A DNA stretch of 60,202 bases, the filler included, from Dehalococcoidia bacterium (GTDB taxonomy: Bacteria > Chloroflexota > Dehalococcoidia > DSTF01 > RBG-16-68-14), in NCBI GenBank assembly GCA_040882355.1. It is 4 parts of 4 records of this genome, joined end to end, with 100 filler letters (N's around TTAATTAATTAA, not from the genome) between each part and the next. Parts side by side here need not be neighbours in the genome. Positions count along the whole stretch, not along the records: positions 1 to 16,643 come from JBBEBM010000055.1; 3 more parts are not named here. The stretch is one strand, 5' to 3'. The translations under genes and the position numbers were made by a program. The notes under the pieces were generated by a model. The model ran no database searches, was not told where the DNA came from, and was given only the letters and a program-made list of their open reading frames with translations. Every line of letters starts with the position of its first letter. Within the stretch, counting starts at the first letter, position 1. Of the stretch, positions 1 through 9,146 are shown piece by piece.

Positions 1-58
1 GGGGGGGCGCGCCCAGGGGGGCGCGCGGCCGCCCTCACGGGCGGGCCTAACGGTACAG

Positions 59-1045
59 GTGGGTCGCGCGCTGCCCCAAGGCCTGCAACGCCTCGTTCAG
101 CTCGTGCGGTTTCGACGAGCCGGCCTGCGCAGCGCCGTGGAGGAGATCGCGCCGGAGGTGCTCCACGCGCACTACCTGGTCGAGCACGGCTTCTACGCGA
201 CGTCCGCGGGCTTCCGTCCGTACGTCGTCTCCGCCTGGGGCTCCGACGTGCTTGTCGAGGCCGCCGGCTCGCCGGTCAATCGCGCGATCGCTCGCTTCGC
301 ACTGTCGCGCGCGGACCAGTCGACGGCGAACAACCGCCACATGGCGCGCGAGATGGTGCTGAAGCTCGGCGTCGAGCGTGGGCGCGTGCAGCACATCGTG
401 CTCGGCGTGCAGCGCGAGTTCCTCGACCGACCTGAGGCCTCTGTGAACGCTTACGTCTCAGAGCAACCGCCCACGGTGCTGAGCACGCGTTCGATCGACA
501 AGCCGCTCTACAACGTCGACACCATCGTGCGGGCGATGGCGCGGGTGCGCGAGCGCATCCCGGCCGCGCGACTCGTCATCGTTGGCGAGGGGCGGCTGCG
601 CCCGCAACTCGAGGCGCTCGCTTCGCGGCTCGGTCTGGGCGAGGCCGTTCGGTTCACCGGTCTGCTGTCGCAGGGGGAGCTGCGCCACGAGATGGAGGAG
701 GCGCACGTCTTCGTCTCCGTGCCCTCGTCCGACGCGACGTCGGTGGCGCTGCTCCAGGCGATGGCCGTCGGCTGCTTCCCGATCGTCTCCGACCTGCCGA
801 GCCAGCAGGAGCTTGTCGAGCAAGGCAGCCAGGGGGTGCGTGTGGCAGTTCGCGACGAAGGCACCCTGGCCGAGGCGATCGTGCAGGCGCTAGAGGACCG
901 CGAGCTGCGGCGGGCGGCACTGGAGCGAAATCGAGCCTTCGTGGAGGAGTACGGAGTGCTGGAGACGAATATGGCGAAGATGGAGGCCTGGTACTATCGC
1001 CTGGCAGGCCGCACGGGCGAGTGGACGCCACCACGATTCGACTAG
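59..1045 (+). CDS. Glycosyltransferase family 4 (N-terminus possibly truncated at contig start)
   Basis: GT-B motifs VLHAH, WGSDV, SDATSVALLQAMAVGCFPIVSD; first gene of a polysaccharide operon. Confidence 0.85.
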   Translation: MGRALPQGLQRLVQLVRFRRAGLRSAVEEIAPEVLHAHYLVEHGFYATSAGFRPYVVSAWGSDVLVEAAGSPVNRAIARFALSRADQSTANNRHMAREMVLKLGVERGRVQHIVLGVQREFLDRPEASVNAYVSEQPPTVLSTRSIDKPLYNVDTIVRAMARVRERIPAARLVIVGEGRLRPQLEALASRLGLGEAVRFTGLLSQGELRHEMEEAHVFVSVPSSDATSVALLQAMAVGCFPIVSDLPSQQELVEQGSQGVRVAVRDEGTLAEAIVQALEDRELRRAALERNRAFVEEYGVLETNMAKMEAWYYRLAGRTGEWTPPRFD

Positions 1046-1081
1046 CCGCTGCCGTCGCGTCTTCCGTACACTCGATCTGAG

Positions 1082-2185
1082 ATGCGCCTTGTCTACCTGG
1101 CCGACGCTCCGTACGTCCACACTCGACGGTGGGTCGAGCACTTCGCCCGCATCGGCTGGGAGACGCACGTCATCTCGTTCCGCCCGGCGGAGATCGAAGG
1201 CGCTCAGGTACACTACGTCAATGGCCTGGAGCGCGCCGGCAAGCTGCGTTATCTTGCGCAGGCGGGACGCGTGCGGCGGCTGGTTCAGGAGTTGCAGCCC
1301 GATCTGCTGCACGCGTTGCACCTCACCAGCTACGGCTTCCTCGGAGCGCTCTGCCGCGCTCGACCCCTGGTGACGTCGGTCTGGGGCATTGACGTGCTGA
1401 AGGCGCCCCGGCGGACGCCGCTGCACGGCTTCATCACTCGGTACGCTCTCGCGCACGCCGATCACGTCACGGCCACGGGCATGCGTCTGGCTGGCGCCAC
1501 CCTTCGCTACGCGCCGCGCGAGAAGCCCGTAACGGTTGTGCCGTACGGCATCGACCTCACGCGCTTCCGTCCGTTGCCTCGAAACGACGTTAGCGCCGAC
1601 GGTATTGTGGTCGGGTCGGTCGGGCGCCTATCACCTGAAAAGGGCCTCGACGTGCTCCTGCGCGCTGCTGGCCGGCTCATCGAAGGTGGAACTCGCCTGC
1701 GTTTGGTTCTGGCGGGCGACGGTCCGGAGCGGGGACGGCTGGCCCGGCTCACGGAACGGCTCGGCATCAGCGAGCGCGTCGACTTCAGGGGCGACGTGCC
1801 GCATGAGCAGGTACCGACCGTGCTCGCGGCGCTGGACATCTTCGTGATGCCGTCTCGCGCCGAGGGTTTCGGCGTGGCCGCGCTCGAAGCGCAGGCGATG
1901 GAGCTGCCGGTGATCGCATCACGGGTCGATGGGCTGCCGGATGTTGTTGAGGACGAGCGAACAGGCCTGCTGGTCCCGGCCGGTGATGCAGATTCGCTCG
2001 CAGACGCCATATCCCGCCTTGCGGACGACCCGGCGCTGCGGAGCACGATGGGCCGCGCCGGAAGAGCCTTCGTGGAGCAGCGCTATCGCTGGGAGGAGAA
2101 CGTGGCCCAGATGGAGCGGCTCTATCAGCACTTGCTGGCCGAGTTTACACCAGGCGGCCCGCGTGCTACGGTAGCTGGGAACTGA
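1082..2185 (+). CDS. Glycosyltransferase family 4
   Basis: VGRLSPEKG and EGFGVAALEAQAMELPVIAS (Ex7E) motifs. Confidence 0.93.
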   Translation: MRLVYLADAPYVHTRRWVEHFARIGWETHVISFRPAEIEGAQVHYVNGLERAGKLRYLAQAGRVRRLVQELQPDLLHALHLTSYGFLGALCRARPLVTSVWGIDVLKAPRRTPLHGFITRYALAHADHVTATGMRLAGATLRYAPREKPVTVVPYGIDLTRFRPLPRNDVSADGIVVGSVGRLSPEKGLDVLLRAAGRLIEGGTRLRLVLAGDGPERGRLARLTERLGISERVDFRGDVPHEQVPTVLAALDIFVMPSRAEGFGVAALEAQAMELPVIASRVDGLPDVVEDERTGLLVPAGDADSLADAISRLADDPALRSTMGRAGRAFVEQRYRWEENVAQMERLYQHLLAEFTPGGPRATVAGN

Positions 2186-2247
2186 GGTCGCACGATTCGT
2201 CAATGGTTCGGGCAGCGAAGAGCTTGCTCCCGCCTTGAAGCACTCGT

Positions 2248-3276
2248 ATGCCGGACAACGCTGAACTCCCGTTCGTCTCCGTCATCGTTCCCATGCGCAA
2301 CGAGCGGCGTCACATCGAACGCTGCCTGCGCAGCATGGCGGCGCAGGACTACCCACACGAGCGCTTCGAGGTAATCGTCGTCGATGGGGACTCGAACGAC
2401 GGCTCACGCGAGCTGCTGGAGTCGATCCGAGACGAGGTGCCGAACCTGCGCGTCCTCGAGAATCGAGGCCGGCACACCACGCGCGGGCTGAACATCGGGC
2501 TCGCCTTCGCCCGGGGCGAAGTGATCGCCCGCGTCGACGCCCACGCCGCTGTCGAAGCCGACTTTCTGTCGCAGAGCGTCGCTGCCCTCCATCGCACCAA
2601 CGCGGATGTGGTCGGCGGGCCGATCACGACGCTCGGCGAGGGCGCGACCGGTGAGGCGATTGCCGTCGCTGTCTCCTCACCGTTCGGGGTGGGTAACGCC
2701 GTCTTCCGCTACAGCCAGCGCGAGCAGTGGACCGACACCGTCGCCTTCCCCTCATACCGGCGCGACGTCTTCGACCGGATAGGGCCCTTCGAGGAGATAG
2801 AAGGCGGCGAAGACGACGAGTTCCACTACCGGCTGAGGGACGCGGGCGGCCACATCCTGCTGACGCCGTCGATCCGATCCACCTATTTCGCGCGGCGGTC
2901 GCTCTGGGAGCTGGTGCGGCAGTATTTCGGGTACGGTCAGGCGAAGGTCGTGGTGCTGTCGCGGCATCCACGGCGGACGCGCTTGCGCCAGCTCGTGCCA
3001 TCGCTGTTCGTGCTCGCCTTGCTGGCCAGCGTGCTCCTGGCGCTCTTTGGCGGGTGGTTCACGATTGGGATTGCCTCCCTCGTGGGGGCGTATGTCGCGG
3101 TGTCGCTCGCGGCGTCGGTTCTCGTCGCGCGGACGCGAGGTTGGCGTCATCTCTGGCGGCTGCCGCTCGCCTTCGCCTGCATGCACCTCGCCTACGGGGT
3201 CGGCTTTCTCACCGGCCTGGTGCGACGCGCCTTTGGGCAGGCGGTCGCGCGTCCGCGAGAGGTTGAGGCGCAATGA
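2248..3276 (+). CDS. Glycosyltransferase family 2 (ExoA-like)
   Basis: VSVIVPMRNE, VVDGDSNDG, RVDAH, EDDEF motifs; C-terminal TM helices. Confidence 0.9.
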   Translation: MPDNAELPFVSVIVPMRNERRHIERCLRSMAAQDYPHERFEVIVVDGDSNDGSRELLESIRDEVPNLRVLENRGRHTTRGLNIGLAFARGEVIARVDAHAAVEADFLSQSVAALHRTNADVVGGPITTLGEGATGEAIAVAVSSPFGVGNAVFRYSQREQWTDTVAFPSYRRDVFDRIGPFEEIEGGEDDEFHYRLRDAGGHILLTPSIRSTYFARRSLWELVRQYFGYGQAKVVVLSRHPRRTRLRQLVPSLFVLALLASVLLALFGGWFTIGIASLVGAYVAVSLAASVLVARTRGWRHLWRLPLAFACMHLAYGVGFLTGLVRRAFGQAVARPREVEAQ

Positions 3277-3881
3277 GCGCGACCGTTCGGACGATGGAGG
3301 CTGGCGACGTGCCGGAGGTGGTGCGCCTGCACGAAGCCGCGTTCCCCGACAACTTCATGACGACGTTCGGCGGAAAGTTCCTCGATGCCTTTTACCGGGA
3401 GCTCATCGTACACACGGATGGGTACGGCTGCGTCGCGGTCGAAGGGGACCGACGCTTGGTCGGGTTCTGCGTTGGCGGCGTCGGCGCGATCCAGGGGATC
3501 GCCCGCGGCATGCTGCGCGGCCGGCCGCTGTCGTTCGCGGTGCCTGCGCTGCTGAACGTTGCGCGGTCGCCAGCGCGACTCGCTCGCACCGGCCGGCTGG
3601 CGCTCGGTTACCTGGGCGGCGGCAGCGACGCTGAGGGTGACGCAGGAGAGGCGCATCTGCTTCAGATCGCGGTTGTCGAAGCGTCGCGCGGCTCCGGCGT
3701 GGCGGAACGCCTGGTTGGCGACTTCCTCCGCGAGATGGAGCGGCGCGGCGCGACGACCGTGCGCCTGGGTGTGAAGGACAGCAACGCCCGCGCGATCTCC
3801 TTCTACCAGCGGATGGGCTTCTCCGAGGTGAAGGGCGGTATCTACGAGATCCGGCTGGCGGCGAGCGGAGTCGCCCCATGA
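3273..3881 (+). CDS. GNAT family N-acetyltransferase
   Basis: IAVVEASRGSGVA acetyl-CoA loop, NARAISFYQRMGF; ATGA-coupled to neighbours. Confidence 0.88.
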   Translation: MSATVRTMEAGDVPEVVRLHEAAFPDNFMTTFGGKFLDAFYRELIVHTDGYGCVAVEGDRRLVGFCVGGVGAIQGIARGMLRGRPLSFAVPALLNVARSPARLARTGRLALGYLGGGSDAEGDAGEAHLLQIAVVEASRGSGVAERLVGDFLREMERRGATTVRLGVKDSNARAISFYQRMGFSEVKGGIYEIRLAASGVAP

Positions 3882-5059
3882 GCGAGCCGACAACGGCCGA
3901 TACGAGACCGTTCATCCCCTTCGCGCCACCGGACCTCGGGCAGGATGAGATCGATGCGGTCGCAGACGTGCTGCGCTCGGGCTGGCTCACGGGCGGGCCG
4001 AAGGTGCGCGAGTTCGAAGAGGCGTTCCGCAAGATCACCGGCGCCGAACACGCGCTCGCCCTGTCGTCAGCAACCGCGGGCCTCCACCTCGCGCTCTTGG
4101 CCAGCGACATCGGGCCGGGTGATGAGGTGATCACGACGCCGCTCACGTTCGCAGCGACGATCAACGTGATCCTCCACACCGGCGCCACGCCCGTGCTCGC
4201 CGACATCAACGACGGCGATTACAACATCGACCCGGCGGAGGTAGAGCGCAGGATCACGGCGCGCACGAAGGCGCTGATGCCGGTCCACTACGGCGGCCAG
4301 CCCTGTCGCATGGACGAGCTGATGGACCTGGCACGGCGGCACAAGCTGCGCGTGATCGAGGACGCGGCGCACGCGCTGAGTGCTCGCTACAAGGGGAAGG
4401 CTGTCGGAACGATCGGCGACGCGGCGGTCTTCAGCTTCTACCCGACGAAGAACATCACGACAGGCCAGGGCGGCATGCTCACGACGAATGACGAGGAGCT
4501 GGCGGACCGCGTCGAGCTGCTCCGGCTGCACGGGCTGAGCAAGAACGCTTACGATCGCTACACGCAGAAGGGGTCGTGGGCGTACCAGGTGCTCGCGCCG
4601 GGCTACAACTACGTTCTCACAGACGTGGCCGCCGCCATCGGCGTGCAGCAGCTCGCGCGCCTCGATGCGTTCCAGGAGCGCCGGCGCGTGATCGCCGCAG
4701 CGTACAACGAGCGGTTCGCCGAATTGCCCGAGATCATCCGCCCGACGATACGGGACGACGTGGACACGTCGTGGCATCTCTATGCGATCCGGCTCGACGG
4801 GGAGCGGTTGCGGATCACGCGTGACGAGTTCATCGAGGGGCTGCGCGAGCGAGGCATCGGCACGTCGGTCCACTACGTCCCCATCCACTTCCATCCGTAT
4901 TTCCGGGAGACGCTCGGCCTGCGCGAGGGCGACTACCCGGTGACGGAGCGTGTCTTTGCCGGTCTGGTATCGCTGCCGCTCTTCCCGCGGATGACGGACG
5001 AGGACGTGGAACGCGTCGCAGAGGCGGTGCATGAGGTGGTCGCATTCGGGAGGCGTTAG
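3878..5059 (+). CDS. DegT/DnrJ/EryC1/StrS nucleotide-sugar aminotransferase
   Basis: IEDAAHA, FSFYPTKNITTGQGG PLP-lysine motif. Confidence 0.95.
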   Translation: MSEPTTADTRPFIPFAPPDLGQDEIDAVADVLRSGWLTGGPKVREFEEAFRKITGAEHALALSSATAGLHLALLASDIGPGDEVITTPLTFAATINVILHTGATPVLADINDGDYNIDPAEVERRITARTKALMPVHYGGQPCRMDELMDLARRHKLRVIEDAAHALSARYKGKAVGTIGDAAVFSFYPTKNITTGQGGMLTTNDEELADRVELLRLHGLSKNAYDRYTQKGSWAYQVLAPGYNYVLTDVAAAIGVQQLARLDAFQERRRVIAAAYNERFAELPEIIRPTIRDDVDTSWHLYAIRLDGERLRITRDEFIEGLRERGIGTSVHYVPIHFHPYFRETLGLREGDYPVTERVFAGLVSLPLFPRMTDEDVERVAEAVHEVVAFGRR

Positions 5060-5061
5060 GA

Positions 5062-5655
5062 GTGCTCAAGCGCGCCTTCGACCTCGGCGTCTCCGGTGCG
5101 CTGCTCATCCTCCTCTCTCCCGTCCTGGCGGCGCTCGCGCTGGCGGTGCGATTGGAATCGCGCGGGCCGGTGATCTTCAGCCAGCCTCGCATCGGCAAGA
5201 ACGACAAGCGCTTCACGATGCACAAGTTTCGCACAATGCCGTGGAACCCGGACGCGAAGGCGGCGTCGGTACCCCACGTCGACGACTTCAAGACCTACGT
5301 CTTCGATCCGCTGCACGGCGACAAGCGCTACACCCGCATCGGGCACCTCCTGCGTTCGACAAGCCTCGACGAGTTGCCCAACCTGTGGAACGTGCTGCGC
5401 GGCGACATGTCGATCGTCGGGCCGCGGCCGGAGGTGCCGGGCCTGGTCGACCAGTTCCCAGCGGAGTATCGGCCGCGACATAACGTGCGGCCCGGCATCA
5501 CGGGGCTCGCTCAGGTGAGCGGGCGGGGCCTTTTGACCTATCACGAGACGATCCTCTACGATCTTGAGTACGTGGAGCAGCATTCACTCGTCCGTGACCT
5601 GTCGATCCTGGCTCGAACCGTGCCGACCGTGCTGAGTCGTAGAGGAGCGCGCTGA
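5062..5655 (+). CDS. Sugar transferase (PglC/WcaJ-like phosphoglycosyl transferase)
   Basis: KRAFD, KFRTM, SLDELPNLWNVLRGDMSIVGPRP, RPGITGLAQV. Confidence 0.93.
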   Translation: MLKRAFDLGVSGALLILLSPVLAALALAVRLESRGPVIFSQPRIGKNDKRFTMHKFRTMPWNPDAKAASVPHVDDFKTYVFDPLHGDKRYTRIGHLLRSTSLDELPNLWNVLRGDMSIVGPRPEVPGLVDQFPAEYRPRHNVRPGITGLAQVSGRGLLTYHETILYDLEYVEQHSLVRDLSILARTVPTVLSRRGAR

Positions 5656-7556
5656 TGAACGAACGGACTCGTCAGGGGCCGCGACACGGCGAACGAAGGC
5701 AGGTGCTCGCGGCCCGCTGGCTGCGCCTGCTCCCGGTTCTCGCGCTCGATGCGCTGCTCGTCGTGGCGAGCTATGCGGCGGCGCTCGCTCTGCGCTTCGA
5801 CGGCGAGATCCCCCGCGCATCGATGATCTTCTTCGGGCAGGTGATCGGCTTCATCGTGATCGCCTACCTGGTGAGCAACTACTGCTTCGGCATCTATCGC
5901 ACCGCCTGGCAGTATGCCGGCATCGCCGACGCGATCAACCTCGCGTTCTCGGTCGGCCTCGTGTCGATTATTCTGCTCGGGGTCAATGTCTTCCTGAACC
6001 CGCGTCACATCCCGCTCACGACGACCGGCGTGGCGCCGGCGTTGATCTTCCTCTCGATGGGCGTCGCGAAGCTGTGGCCGCGCTTGCGGGCGCAGTCGCC
6101 GTTCACCAGCTTCGGCGGGCCGCAGCGTCAGGTGCTGATCGCCGGGGCAGGGCACACAGGCCAGATGCTGGCGCGTGAGTTCCTCCAGCACCCTGAGTGG
6201 CAGTACAAGCCGATCGGCTACGTCGACGACGACGCCAAGAAGCGCGGCATGCGCATTCACGGGCTGCCGGTGTTCGGCGAGCGCCACGACATCCCGGGGC
6301 TGGTGCGCGAGCGGCAGGTCGAGATGGTGGCACTGGCGATGCCCTCCGCGAGCGGCGCGATGATCCGCGACTACGTCGGCATCTGCCAGCAGGCGGAGGT
6401 GCCGGTGCGCACGGTGCTGGGTGTGCCGGAGATGGTGCACGCGAGCACTTCCGGGCGTCTGCGCGAGATCACCGTCGACGACCTCCTCGGCCGTCAGGAG
6501 ATGGAGATCGACGTCGCCCGCTGCGGCGAAGCGCTGCGGGGCCGCGAGATCTTGATCACGGGCGCTGCGGGCTACCTGGGTCACGAGCTGGCGCGGCAGC
6601 TCCTCACCTTCGGGCCGGCAGCGCTTCACTTGCTCGACACGAACGAGTCGGGCGTGTTCGAGATGCAGCGCGACCTGGCGGCGGAGGGCGCGCAGGTGCG
6701 CATGTGGGTGACGGACATCTCGGACCGGACGCAGGTAGAGCGCGCGCTGCGCGCGGCGCGGCCGCACGTGATCTTCCACACGGCCGCTTACAAGAACATC
6801 CCGGTGATGGAGGAGCATCCGCAGGCGGCGCTCCACGTCAACGTCGTCGGGACGATGAACCTCTGCCTGGCAGCCGAGGCGATGGGCGTCGAGCGCTTCA
6901 TCTTCGTCTCGACGAACAAGGCGGCGGAGATCGACAGCGTCTACGGCGCGACGAAACGCATCGGCGAGCTGCTGGTCGAGGCGCTGGCGGAGCGCAGCAA
7001 GACGGTGTTTTCGGCGGTTCGCCTGCACAACGTAATGGGCAGCCGCGGCAGCGTGGTGCCGCTGTTCCTGCGTCAGATCGAGCGCGGCGGGCCGGTGCTG
7101 CTGAGCCACGCCGAGGCCACACGCTACTTCATGTCGCCGCCGGAGGCCGTGCGGCTGCTGGTGCAGGCGGCGGCATACGCCCGTCCGGGCCAGGTCTTCG
7201 TGCTGGACCTGGGCGAAGAGGTGAAGATTGCGGACTTGGCCGAGAAGCTGATCCGGCTCCGAGGCTATCAGCCCGGGCGTGACATCCAGATCGTCTACAC
7301 GGGGCTGCGTCCCGGAGAGCAGGTGCGCGAAGAGCCGCTCGACGGGAGGGGCGAGTTCCTGCCCACCGACCACAAGAAGATCTTCCTGGCGAAGGGCGGC
7401 CCGGGCTGCTCAGCCGATGAGCTGATCGAGCGCATCAAGGCGCTGCGCCAGGAGCCGCCGGAGAGCCGCGACGAGCTGATCGCGAGGCTGCATGCGCTGG
7501 CGCGACTCGACCTGCGGGACGTGCAGCCGACCTGGCTGAGGGCGGAGGAGGGCTAG
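5655..7556 (+). CDS. CapD/PglF-type membrane-bound NDP-sugar epimerase/dehydratase
   Basis: 4 N-terminal TMs, CoA-binding-like domain, ITGAAGYLG, HTAAYK, GSRGSVVPLF, GLRPGE. Confidence 0.92.
   Translation: MNERTRQGPRHGERRQVLAARWLRLLPVLALDALLVVASYAAALALRFDGEIPRASMIFFGQVIGFIVIAYLVSNYCFGIYRTAWQYAGIADAINLAFSVGLVSIILLGVNVFLNPRHIPLTTTGVAPALIFLSMGVAKLWPRLRAQSPFTSFGGPQRQVLIAGAGHTGQMLAREFLQHPEWQYKPIGYVDDDAKKRGMRIHGLPVFGERHDIPGLVRERQVEMVALAMPSASGAMIRDYVGICQQAEVPVRTVLGVPEMVHASTSGRLREITVDDLLGRQEMEIDVARCGEALRGREILITGAAGYLGHELARQLLTFGPAALHLLDTNESGVFEMQRDLAAEGAQVRMWVTDISDRTQVERALRAARPHVIFHTAAYKNIPVMEEHPQAALHVNVVGTMNLCLAAEAMGVERFIFVSTNKAAEIDSVYGATKRIGELLVEALAERSKTVFSAVRLHNVMGSRGSVVPLFLRQIERGGPVLLSHAEATRYFMSPPEAVRLLVQAAAYARPGQVFVLDLGEEVKIADLAEKLIRLRGYQPGRDIQIVYTGLRPGEQVREEPLDGRGEFLPTDHKKIFLAKGGPGCSADELIERIKALRQEPPESRDELIARLHALARLDLRDVQPTWLRAEEG
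7453..7556 (+). repeat. Left copy of ~100-bp direct repeat (3' end of capD-like gene)
   Basis: AGAGCCGCGACGAGCTGATCGCG...GACCTGCGGGACGTGCAGCCG...GGCGGAGGA recurs at 8831-8933. Confidence 0.92.
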
Positions 7557-7653
7557 CGGCGGGCGCGGGGTCCTATCCTAGAGAGCGCATTGGTGGGATG
7601 CTACTCCTGCATTCGTCTACCGCCGAGTGGCCCGGCGCGCTAGAATTGCGCCA

Positions 7654-8823
7654 ATGGTGATCGATAGGGCCGCACTTGCTCGGAGCAAGATGCCCTACCT
7701 CGGGTGGTGGATTGAGGGCCAGGCCGGGAGGGGCATCGCATCCCGCTATGTCTGGTATGCATCTGAAGACAAGGACCGCGACTTCGCGCAGTTCTCGGTC
7801 TCCATCAGCGCCCGGTATGGCTACGAGGAAGCCATGGAGGCTGGACTCGCTCTTACCAAGGGAATGATCTTCCTGTGCAGCTGGCGAGATGGGGAGGAAC
7901 GTGAGGTAGCGCTGCCGCTGGTCCAACGGACACGATCGACCCGCGAGATCGCGGATGCTATTCTCCGCGGCCTTTACCGACTGTATGAAGGTGGATTTGC
8001 GAAGAGCGATGCGCCAATTGATATGGCTGGCGCTGCTGCCGAATTGGGGACCGCACGCGAGCTGTTCATGCGTTCGGTCGAGCGGCTTGTACACGATGGA
8101 CATGTTCAAGGGGCCGGAGACTTCAGCTTTACCAATTGGCCAACGGGTAACATCTGGCTCACGCCGGCTGGAGCGACGTATGTCGAGGAGAAACTGCTCG
8201 CCCCGCCCGCGCGGGAGAGAAATGAGGTGATGAAGGAGCAAGTGGAAGTGGAGAAAGCCACGGATCCGGCGAGCGTCGCTGTCGTCCACGGTCGCGACGT
8301 GCGGCTCAGCAAGGACATGTTCACTTTCCTGCGTGCCCTTCACCTTAGGCCGATCGAATGGGGGGCCGCGATCAAGCGGGTGGGGAAGGGAGCACCATAC
8401 GTGGGAGAGGTCGTTGATGCGCTCTTTCGTGACACTCAGGCAGTTGTCGTACTTCTGACGGGTGATGACCTAGCTCAGTTGCGACCCGAGTTGCGGAGAA
8501 AGTCCGACCGGGGCGAAGATGCGGCGCGCCCGCAGCCGCGCCCGAATGTGCTGTTTGAGGCCGGGATCGCATTCGGGCGCATGCCTGAGCGAACCATCTT
8601 GGTGCAGGTAGGGGAGATTCGCGAGATCAGCGATCTGGCCGGTCGTCATGTCGTTCACCTAGTGGATGCTACATCACGGCATGACCTGGCGAACCGTCTT
8701 GAAGCGGCTGGCTGTCCGGTGGACAGGAGCGGCTCAGATTGGCTGACAAGTGGCACGTTTCGCGGGACAGCAAGACGGACTCAGAAGTCGGCATACGAGG
8801 ATCATGGGCTAGTTGTGTTGTAG
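7654..8823 (+). CDS. wHTH + TIR-like nucleotide-binding domain protein (Cap12/PycTIR-type TIR)
   Basis: VVHGRD, AVVVLLTGDD, RPNVLFEAG, SDLAGRH motifs; upstream wHTH-like segment ending LTPAG; start uncertain (7627/7654/7690). Confidence 0.82.
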   Translation: MVIDRAALARSKMPYLGWWIEGQAGRGIASRYVWYASEDKDRDFAQFSVSISARYGYEEAMEAGLALTKGMIFLCSWRDGEEREVALPLVQRTRSTREIADAILRGLYRLYEGGFAKSDAPIDMAGAAAELGTARELFMRSVERLVHDGHVQGAGDFSFTNWPTGNIWLTPAGATYVEEKLLAPPARERNEVMKEQVEVEKATDPASVAVVHGRDVRLSKDMFTFLRALHLRPIEWGAAIKRVGKGAPYVGEVVDALFRDTQAVVVLLTGDDLAQLRPELRRKSDRGEDAARPQPRPNVLFEAGIAFGRMPERTILVQVGEIREISDLAGRHVVHLVDATSRHDLANRLEAAGCPVDRSGSDWLTSGTFRGTARRTQKSAYEDHGLVVL

Positions 8824-8830
8824 GTCGTCC

Positions 8831-8933
8831 AGCCACCAAGAGCCGCGACGAGTTGATCGCGCGGCTGCACGCGCTGGCGCGGCTCGACCTGCGGGACGTG
8901 CAGCCGGCGTCGTGGCTGAAGGCGGAGGAATAG
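8831..8933 (+). repeat. Right, diverged copy of capD 3' end (gene remnant)
   Basis: Encodes SRDELIARLHALARLDLRDVQPASWLKAEE*, nearly identical to the CapD C-terminus. Confidence 0.92.
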
Positions 8934-8947
8934 AACAATGTCGTCCT

Positions 8948-9030
8948 TCCCACCCACCCGCCCAGAAAAGTAGTTCCTGGGGGACAGCCCCAGGCCCCCG
9001 GCAGGCGCCTCTGGCGCCCTGCACCCCCGC
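8948..9030 (+). repeat. Dispersed GC-rich palindromic element (MITE/REP-like)
   Basis: CCCACCCACCGCCCAG...CTGGGGGACAGCCCCAGGCCCCCGGCAGG...CCCTGCACCCC; related copies at ~12077-12165, 46671-46697 and 48517-48632 (reverse). Confidence 0.8.
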
Positions 9031-9121
9031 CTCGTTCGCCGTGTGCTTCCGTGAGTTCAGGTGTGAACCTTGCGGCGCCGGGCTAAAGCCTGGCATTCGG
9101 ATTGGAGAGGCGGTGTCGCAC

Positions 9122-9146
9122 GGGCGGGTCTAAGACCCGCCCCTAC
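9122..9146 (-). repeat. GTAG-type REP palindrome
   Basis: Reverse strand GTAGGGGCGGGTC-TTA-GACCCGCCC overlapping the wecB stop. Confidence 0.75.

Noticed and set aside
1..50. G/C low-complexity palindromic stretch at window start
   Set aside because: Contig end, likely a repeat remnant or low-quality sequence
5556..7373. Many long antisense/alternate-frame ORFs
   Set aside because: Shadow ORFs of high-GC genes with Arg/Ala/Pro-rich composition and no motifs
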